Assembly: GCA_038207585.1 (NCBI GenBank)
Contig: JBBQZP010000023.1
Location: 323 to 64,322 of the forward strand
Length of the DNA: 64,000 nt
From: Rhodobacterales bacterium
GTDB lineage: Bacteria > Pseudomonadota > Alphaproteobacteria > Rhodobacterales > Rhodobacteraceae
Direction: 5' to 3'
Shown: positions 57,464 to 64,000 of the stretch, piece after piece
Position numbering within the stretch: position 1 is the first letter of the stretch
Layout: each line of letters begins with the position of its first letter
The notes under the pieces: generated by a model
Seen by the model: only the letters and a program-made list of their open reading frames with translations
Databases searched by the model: none
Told to the model about the DNA's origin: nothing
Translations under genes and position numbers: made by a program

Positions 57464-58908
57464 GAGGCGCTCCTTCTTCTCAGGACATAGCGCGACCCTG
57501 CCGCGCGCAGTTCGGGCACCATAAGGCCTGCCATCATGACATATGCAGCACTGAAAACCGCCGTTCCCGCCAGAAGACGGGCAAGTTCGGACCCGGCGTG
57601 CGCATAAAGCACAAAGAACGCGGCCGCAGACGCAACACCTGCACACAGGAAAGCGGGCGCCAACGACTGCAACGTATCCTGCACCGTGATGTTCACGACC
57701 CGCCGAGTGACGATATAGGTCGGGATGAACCGAAGGATCGCCAGCACCAGTTGTGCGATTGCAACAGCGGTGATGCCAAACGGAACGGCCGCACAGATCA
57801 CCACCACGAACATCGGCAGGTTGATCAATGACACGCGGAACAACAACTCGGTCCGGTTGACGGCCTTGAGCAACTTGCCGGGCACCATGTTCAAGGTGCT
57901 GATCGCGAACGACAGGGCAATGAACTGCATCGGCACAACCATGTCATACCACTTGGGCGGGTAGAGAACATGCACCAACGGCCCCGACATGACTGCAATC
58001 AGCGCCCCCACCCCAAACATCAGCAAAGCGCAATAGCGTAGCGACTGCGAGTAGTAGTGCCGCAGCATTTCAGGTTCGGCCTGAAGTTTCGACATGACCG
58101 GATGCAACACCGACCCGGCGACGGTGGTAAAGTTCTTGATCCCCATTTCCGGAATCCGGAACGCAAGCGCATAAATGCCAAGGGCGGCCGGCCCCAGAAA
58201 CTTGCCGATCAGCAGATTGTCCAGAAGGCGTGGCGTGGCGTTGATCGTCTCGGCCCCGATCAGGTGTGATCCATAGCGGAAAACCGACCGGATCGACGCC
58301 ATGTCAGGCATACGGTCCGGTCGCCACGGGCGGATGAACAAAAGGGCGATCGACCCGGCGATCCCGCCCGCAAGATAGCCAATGACCAGCGCCCAGACCC
58401 CATATCCCATGAGCGCCAGTGCGATCGACACAAGTCCCTTTGCAAGACCACGAATGACATCAGGCAATATCTTGTCGCGCAGTCGAAGCTCCCGGTACAG
58501 GAAGCTCATGTTGACCGTGGTCGAGGCGGTGATGACCAGCGATATCGCGATGGTGCCAAGCAGGCCTTTCAACATGGGCAGCGCATAGGCTGTGGCAACC
58601 AGATCGGCCGCCCCCCACAGGATCAGCGCCATCATGCATGACATGCCCAGAGCACAGTAGAAAACCGCGTTTGCTATCTCGTCGACCCTGTCGCGCGCAG
58701 AAATCAGCGCAGACCCAAGCCCGAATTGCGAGATGATCTCGAAATATCCCATGATCGCAAGGCAGATCGCCATCAAGCCGAACTCGGCAGGACTGACGTA
58801 TCGGGCGATGATGATCACTGCGACAAGATTGAGCACCTTGGTCGACAGAAACGAAACGTAAGCCCAAGCCATATTGGAGGTCGTCGCTTTAGCCGACGAA
58901 AAAGACAT
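57460..58908 (-). CDS. Wzx-like polysaccharide flippase (MOP superfamily)
   Basis: ~480 aa, about 12-14 TM segments, N-terminus …NMAWAYVSFLSTKVLNLVAVIIIARYVSPAEFGL typical of Polysacc_synt proteins. ATG at 58908 after GAGAAGGA. Confidence 0.8.
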   Translation of the reverse strand: MSFSSAKATTSNMAWAYVSFLSTKVLNLVAVIIIARYVSPAEFGLMAICLAIMGYFEIISQFGLGSALISARDRVDEIANAVFYCALGMSCMMALILWGAADLVATAYALPMLKGLLGTIAISLVITASTTVNMSFLYRELRLRDKILPDVIRGLAKGLVSIALALMGYGVWALVIGYLAGGIAGSIALLFIRPWRPDRMPDMASIRSVFRYGSHLIGAETINATPRLLDNLLIGKFLGPAALGIYALAFRIPEMGIKNFTTVAGSVLHPVMSKLQAEPEMLRHYYSQSLRYCALLMFGVGALIAVMSGPLVHVLYPPKWYDMVVPMQFIALSFAISTLNMVPGKLLKAVNRTELLFRVSLINLPMFVVVICAAVPFGITAVAIAQLVLAILRFIPTYIVTRRVVNITVQDTLQSLAPAFLCAGVASAAAFFVLYAHAGSELARLLAGTAVFSAAYVMMAGLMVPELRAAGSRYVLRRRSAS

Positions 58909-59260
58909 AGACACGATCCTTCTCAAAAAAACCGGCGCGCAAGCTCGCCGTATCGATCAATAAAAATGCAATGCGGCTCAAAGAGGGGCTGACTTGAACG
59001 AACATACGAATCGCATTATTATACGTCGATTGAGTATCCTTTCCAGTTTAAATACTGCCTCATTAATAGGTAGCTTCTTGCGTGAACGCACAACATGTTG
59101 ACGCGACGCATCGTACGAACAAGCGGAAATCGCAATCGGTGCCATACGCGGCAATTGCGATGATCTGACCTGTTGTCGGATCGGCTGGCCGATGTTACGG
59201 AAGAACGACTATGAGATTGAAAACCATGAATTTATGCTCATACTGCTGTTATCTTAGAGG

Positions 59261-60433
59261 TTGGTGTACATTTTGAATCGCATTCGTCTGGCCGTCGTTG
59301 TATTTTTATGCGTGCTTGCGCCTCTGGCGTTCTATGCCGTGAAACAGGACAAAATGTATGAGGCGCGCGCGCTCATACTTTTTGCGCTCGGGTGGGAATA
59401 TACCTATGTACCAGAGGCAAATCAGGCGGGTGCAAAGGCGCCCAACACCGGTGACTTCGAAGGTTTCGTGAACGCGGAAATGTTGCTTCTGGACAATCCG
59501 CAGCTGGTCCGGTCCGCGCTTGAGACGGTAACTCTTTCAAAGGTTTACCCGGATCTTCCGAATACGGAAGAAGGGATGCTTGCGGGCATCCTTGCATTGG
59601 ATGCGGCGACGGGTGTGGAGCTTATCACGGGGTCGTACGTTGTAAAGGTTGCGGTGCGTCACCCTGATCCGTTGATTGCGGCCGAGCTTACGAACGCAAT
59701 GACGACGGCATTTCTGGAATTGCGTCGCGGGTTGTACAGCGGGCCCGAGATCCGTTCAATCACCCAAAGGCTCAAGTCCGCACGAATGGATTCGGATCTG
59801 ATTGATTCCCAGATTTCCGATATAGTTGGATCTCCGGATCCGACCGCCTTTGAAGCAAAGCTTGAGACGATTGGCCGCGACCAGCTGCAGATGACATCGG
59901 ATTTGCGCGAATCGTCATTGATGCTGATCGGATTGAAAGAGCGGCACATCAAGCTTCAAAATCAGCTCGGTCAGGATAGCGAGCTTCTGGACACCGATGT
60001 TGCAATCGCGGAAAATGAAGCACGGGTTGGATATCTTGACGAACAGATTTCAACGAATGCCGCTGAGATAAGCAAGATGTCGGCCATTATGCCGCGCGTG
60101 CGATGGCTGGGCGAAAGCCAGAAGCAGCAAGCCAACCGGACAGTCGAACTTGAAATGCGGCTGCGTGATGCGAAGGCTGTTGCCGCGTCCGGTTTCGACA
60201 ACGTGCGCGTGATTGAATCCGGTGTTCCGCCCCTGCGGCCGATCAGCATGCCGCTTTCGACGCGGCTGATACTGTCAGCCATTGTCGCCTTGGTCGCTGC
60301 CTTTGCTGCCTTTGCAATATCGGTACTTTTTGGATCCGACCGGATGCGTCGATCCGGATTTGCCGCAAACCGGGATTTCTTTTACGGCGGCGCGCAACGA
60401 GAGTCCGAAATATCGCGCACCTTTGTAAAATGA
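59261..60433 (+). CDS. polysaccharide chain-length determinant (Wzz/PCP) protein without kinase domain
   Basis: N-terminal TM followed by a Wzz-type motif (YEARALILF…NAEMLLLDNPQLVRSAL), a long coiled-coil, and a C-terminal TM (LILSAIVALVAAFAAFAISVLFG). TTG/GTG start after TAGAGG. No Walker A tyrosine-kinase module. Confidence 0.7.
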   Translation: MVYILNRIRLAVVVFLCVLAPLAFYAVKQDKMYEARALILFALGWEYTYVPEANQAGAKAPNTGDFEGFVNAEMLLLDNPQLVRSALETVTLSKVYPDLPNTEEGMLAGILALDAATGVELITGSYVVKVAVRHPDPLIAAELTNAMTTAFLELRRGLYSGPEIRSITQRLKSARMDSDLIDSQISDIVGSPDPTAFEAKLETIGRDQLQMTSDLRESSLMLIGLKERHIKLQNQLGQDSELLDTDVAIAENEARVGYLDEQISTNAAEISKMSAIMPRVRWLGESQKQQANRTVELEMRLRDAKAVAASGFDNVRVIESGVPPLRPISMPLSTRLILSAIVALVAAFAAFAISVLFGSDRMRRSGFAANRDFFYGGAQRESEISRTFVK

Positions 60434-60491
60434 CGTTCCGTGAGTGTGGCAGGACAGGCGCTTGTCTGACCAGCACAGTTACAGCCTAGGG

Positions 60492-61724
60492 ATGGACGAT
60501 CCGGCGATGGAAAAGGCCAATCCGGCGATACCCCAAAAAGTCACAGCCGGCGCGCCAGCGGTCGCGCCGTTGCAGCTTGGCTATGTGATTGACACGCTCG
60601 TCACCGGTGGCGCTGAGCGGCTTGTTCTGACCTTCGCCGAAACGGTGCGGCACCGGGATGATGTTGCGCTGACGGTTTTTGTTCTGAACGACGGCCAGAC
60701 ACAATTTCGCGACTACATCGAGGGCCTTGGCACCCGGGTCGTCACCCTGCCGGGGCGGAACCTTGTGGATTTTGGTCGGTTTTTGCGCCTGATCCGGGCC
60801 TTGAAGCAAGCCCGGATCGAATATGTTCACGGCCACTTGGCCTCATCGACAACGCTTGGGTCTTTTGCCGCGTTCTATCTGAGAATTCCGTTCGTTACGA
60901 CGATACACAACGTACGCCCCAGCGTCCAAAGGGTGCGACCCGTCCGACGGTTTCTCTATTGGGCGGCGCTGCGACTGCCCGGTGTCAAGCTGATCGCCGT
61001 GGGAAAAGCCGTTGCCGAGGCGATCCGAACCGGTGAAGGTTTGTCCGGCAGCACCGTCGTGGCGAATGCGGTTTCGCCAAATGTCGTGGCACCGGCTGGC
61101 GCACGGGAGGCGATGCGCCGTGAATTGGGGTTGCAAGACCGCGACATTGCGCTGGTCTGCGTGGGGGCCATCATCGGGCAGAAGGCCCACGACGTTCTGT
61201 TTGACGCATTTGCACTGATTGCTGCACGGGATGACCGGGCCATCTTGCTGATCGTCGGTGATGCCCGCGAACCCGACAGAATGGATCGACTGGCAAAACA
61301 GACAAAGGCGCTTGGCATTGATGGCCGCGTCCGGTTTCTGGGGATGCGACGCGACATTCCCGAAATCCTTGCGGCGAGCGATATCTTTGTCAGTTCCTCG
61401 GATTGGGAGGGGGCGCCGGTGTCACTGCTTGAGGCTATGGCAAATGGATTACCGTCGGTTGTCACCGATGTTGGTGAAAACCGGCTTGTTTTGCAGGATA
61501 CAGGTTCGGTTCTGGTGCCGACACGCAATCCCGAAGCTTTGGCGAACGGAATCTTTGAACTGATCCGTGACGAGGATCGGTGCCGCGAAACGTCTGGACA
61601 TGTGCGCCGATTGGCTTTGGGGAAATACGGCGCCGACGCCTGGGTTGAGCATCTGCTTGATTTCTATGCACGAACCGGCCAACGGAGCGACTGGCATCAC
61701 CCCGCTGCGACGCAAGACGACTAG
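60492..61724 (+). CDS. GT4-family glycosyltransferase
   Basis: LGYVIDTLVTGGAERLV N-terminal motif. SSDWEGAPVSLLEAMANGLPSVVTDVGENRLVLQDTGS. Start ambiguous (60492 or 60507). Confidence 0.8.
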   Translation: MDDPAMEKANPAIPQKVTAGAPAVAPLQLGYVIDTLVTGGAERLVLTFAETVRHRDDVALTVFVLNDGQTQFRDYIEGLGTRVVTLPGRNLVDFGRFLRLIRALKQARIEYVHGHLASSTTLGSFAAFYLRIPFVTTIHNVRPSVQRVRPVRRFLYWAALRLPGVKLIAVGKAVAEAIRTGEGLSGSTVVANAVSPNVVAPAGAREAMRRELGLQDRDIALVCVGAIIGQKAHDVLFDAFALIAARDDRAILLIVGDAREPDRMDRLAKQTKALGIDGRVRFLGMRRDIPEILAASDIFVSSSDWEGAPVSLLEAMANGLPSVVTDVGENRLVLQDTGSVLVPTRNPEALANGIFELIRDEDRCRETSGHVRRLALGKYGADAWVEHLLDFYARTGQRSDWHHPAATQDD

Positions 61725-61753
61725 TTGGATCTACGTCTTCGGATGCAACCGTC

Positions 61754-62929
61754 CTACTGCGTTTGAACTTCGAAACGCACCATCACAACGTCGTCCGGCC
61801 CAAGCGGCGTTGTCAGACCGGCGACGGTTGGCGTGGCCGAGCCTGATTTGTAGACCTCGTACACTGTTGCGATAATATCAGCACCCAGGCTTTGCGCGGC
61901 CGCCGGGTTCACGGTCTGAAGATACTGAAGGCTCGCTTCAAGTTCATTGCGGGCAAGCAAGACCTGCTGGTCCGCGTTGATCTTGTCGTCGAGAATATTG
62001 TATTCGTATTTCATCTGCTCAACGCTGAATTCACTGTCCGCATTTGCAGCCGTCTGCCGGGCGCGGGCCTCAAACGCTGCGGCTTCCAGTGCGTCCGCCC
62101 GGAAACTGTCCATCTTGACCTGCAAATCAAGGGTCTGTTCGCGCCGCACCAATCCGCGTTCCGCCAGATCTGTGACCGTGTTCAGCTGTTCTTCCGTGGC
62201 TCTCAGCTGACTGTCGATCAGGTCGCGGCGCTGCATGAAGAGTTTGGCTTCGTCATTGGCCAGTGTCTTCTTGCGTTCGGCACCTTCTGAAAACCGCTCG
62301 CTCAGCAGGCGCCGCAGACCGATCAGGTCGATCTGATTGGTCAACGTATCGTCGACGACGTTCTGCTCCGGTGCAGGGGTCTGACCGGCAAGCCGCGCAA
62401 GCTCTGCGTCCAGCCCATCGCGCTCGGCCTCGGCAAATTTCAAATGCGTCTGAGATTCCAGAACGCGGCGGCGGGCGGCGTCAATCTCACGATCAAAACT
62501 CGCCTCTGCAGCCTGTCGTTCAAACCCGCCGGCCAGAGCGACAGCTTTCATAACGTTCATACCGGGACTGTAGGCATAGGAACCCGGGGTCTGGACCGAG
62601 CCGAGAACAAAAATCTTCCGGAATTCGGCAATGTCGACCAGCGCGGATTCCTTGCTGGAAAACTTTTCGGCAGCTCGTTCGACGATGCGGTCCTCGATCA
62701 TGGTGAATGTCGCCCCGACCGCCGGAATCTCGCCCAGAAGATGCAAAACGACATTGCCGTCGGCGCGCACCGTGAAGGTGCCCGAAATCTCGGGCTTGCC
62801 GTAAACCGACACTGTCAGCTTGTCGCCCACCTGTACCTGATAATCGGGCAGACCTTGCGTGAACGCGGGCATTGCAAACAGCGTAGTGAAAACCAACCAG
62901 AGCAGGGCAATCAACCTTTTAACGGCCAT
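61754..62929 (-). CDS. outer-membrane polysaccharide export (OPX) protein, ExoF-like, with long C-terminal coiled-coil
   Basis: ATG at 62929 after AAGGAA. Signal peptide MAVKRLIALLWLVFTTLFAMPAFT. Poly_export motif YQVQVGDKLTVSVYG…FTVRADGNVVLHLLGEIPAVG, an SLBB-like segment, then ~230 aa of heptad-rich sequence. Confidence 0.7.
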   Translation of the reverse strand: MAVKRLIALLWLVFTTLFAMPAFTQGLPDYQVQVGDKLTVSVYGKPEISGTFTVRADGNVVLHLLGEIPAVGATFTMIEDRIVERAAEKFSSKESALVDIAEFRKIFVLGSVQTPGSYAYSPGMNVMKAVALAGGFERQAAEASFDREIDAARRRVLESQTHLKFAEAERDGLDAELARLAGQTPAPEQNVVDDTLTNQIDLIGLRRLLSERFSEGAERKKTLANDEAKLFMQRRDLIDSQLRATEEQLNTVTDLAERGLVRREQTLDLQVKMDSFRADALEAAAFEARARQTAANADSEFSVEQMKYEYNILDDKINADQQVLLARNELEASLQYLQTVNPAAAQSLGADIIATVYEVYKSGSATPTVAGLTTPLGPDDVVMVRFEVQTQ

Positions 62930-64000
62930 TTGGAAGTTCCTTTGCCTGGGGCGATGGTACGCGGACATCCACGGCCCGGCGATGTGCCCGGTCGGGCTCC
63001 AGGATTGTATCATAAAGTTCAAAGATGCGGCGACGCATTGCATCGCTGTCGAAGGATTTGGCGACCGTTTTCCGTGCCGCACGCCCCAGCCGAACGCGGG
63101 CCTCGTCATCGTTCAGAAAACCGGCAATCGCCGCAGCCAAGGCAGCGGGGTTCACAGCTGGAACAAGCGCGCCATTCACCCCGTTTTCAACCACATCGGG
63201 TATGCCGCCAACAGCAGTTGCGACGACGGCGCGGCTCATCGCCATTCCCTCCAGCAGGACCATCGGCAAACCTTCCCAGCGCGATGAAATCGCAAGCACG
63301 TCCACCGCCGCCAGAAGTTGCGGCATCTGGCTGATTTCGCCGGTCAGTATGATCCGGTCACGCAGCGGGCCTGCGGCGTCGATCGCAGCTGCAATCCTGT
63401 CACGAAGTGTCCCGCCACCAACGATCAGGAAATAGGGTTCTGGCTTCAGGTCCGCCAACGCGACGGCCGCCTTGATGAAATTGTCGTGGTCTTTTTGCAG
63501 GGTCAGGCTTCCGATCACCGCCACTACCGGAGCATCGGCCGGCACGCCGAATTGTGTCAGATCCATCGGCTGACACAGCGGGTCGAACTGCACAAGGTCG
63601 ATACCATTCACGATCGTCATGATCCGGTCACGGCGATACCCGGAATACTTTCCCACATGGTCGGCAACCCGGTCGGACACGGCAATGCACGCGTCTGCCT
63701 TTCCAACCGCAATGCGGTAAAGCGCGCTCATGAACCGGTTGCGGCGCCACGGGTCGGTGTTGTGCAAAGTGATCAGGCGTCGTATCCCGGTCAGCCGCGC
63801 CGCCATCTGGCCGATGAGGTCACTTTTGACAAGATGTGTGTGGACGATATCGGGCCGCAAGCGGCGCATGAGAGACAGCGTACGAAACAGGGCCATCGGA
63901 TCGCGTAATCCGCGGTGGCTCAGTCGGGTCATCGCAACGCCACGTTCGGCAATCCGCTTTTCCAGCGGGCCTGGGGTAAAATAGGCGACATGCGCGACAT
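62919..64000 (-). CDS. GT4-family glycosyltransferase (5' end beyond the right edge)
   Basis: SSRWEGLPMVLLEGMAMSRAVVATAVGGIPDVVENGVNG. The reading frame stays open upstream of the listed ATG (…VAHVAYFTPGPLEKRIAERGVAMTRL…) to the window end. The N-terminus is therefore missing from the window. Confidence 0.75.
   Translation of the reverse strand, partial: VAHVAYFTPGPLEKRIAERGVAMTRLSHRGLRDPMALFRTLSLMRRLRPDIVHTHLVKSDLIGQMAARLTGIRRLITLHNTDPWRRNRFMSALYRIAVGKADACIAVSDRVADHVGKYSGYRRDRIMTIVNGIDLVQFDPLCQPMDLTQFGVPADAPVVAVIGSLTLQKDHDNFIKAAVALADLKPEPYFLIVGGGTLRDRIAAAIDAAGPLRDRIILTGEISQMPQLLAAVDVLAISSRWEGLPMVLLEGMAMSRAVVATAVGGIPDVVENGVNGALVPAVNPAALAAAIAGFLNDDEARVRLGRAARKTVAKSFDSDAMRRRIFELYDTILEPDRAHRRAVDVRVPSPQAKELPNGR

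Overview
High-GC alphaproteobacterial DNA; protein similarities give a Rhodobacteraceae-like impression, which I did not test. The window reads as a mosaic of accessory modules rather than core chromosome.

Layout from left to right:
- 310-385: tRNA-Thr, followed directly by an IS21 remnant truncated at both ends.
- 1826-3142: a formamidase-family gene.
- 3833-15803: a block dominated by phosphate and organophosphate functions. It holds a HAD phosphatase, an IMPase-family protein, an Fe(III)/phosphonate-type ABC importer, ugpBAEC and a Na/Pi-PhoU transporter.
- 16225-20570: a roughly 4.3 kb gene-decay zone. It contains a truncated SDR, three broken betaine-transporter genes and two inactivated AhpD-like genes. 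These surround an intact TetR gene.
- 20848-23361: a CPA1 antiporter fused to a cNMP-binding domain.
- 23542-26337: a MerR/ZntA-type metal efflux pair with a textbook 19-bp-spacer promoter.
- 26622-43767: two LacI-controlled sugar ABC and catabolic clusters separated by rsgA.
- 44081-47880: the most unusual part. It is a translationally coupled DUF4123 chaperone, a 568-aa effector and a small immunity-like ORF. No vgrG, PAAR or T6SS core gene lies anywhere in the 64 kb. A degenerate second copy of the toxin 3' end follows the immunity ORF.
- 47901-50132: a pectate-lyase-like beta-helix protein with two CBM-like repeats and no visible signal peptide.
- 50670-64000: a visibly lower-GC Wzx/Wzy-type polysaccharide cluster with four GT4 glycosyltransferases and three sulfotransferase-fold genes. 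I read this as a candidate sulfated EPS/capsule locus.

I saw no rRNA genes, CRISPR arrays, integrases or restriction/defence-type enzymes. All calls come from reading the ORF translations and the DNA by eye. No database search was run.
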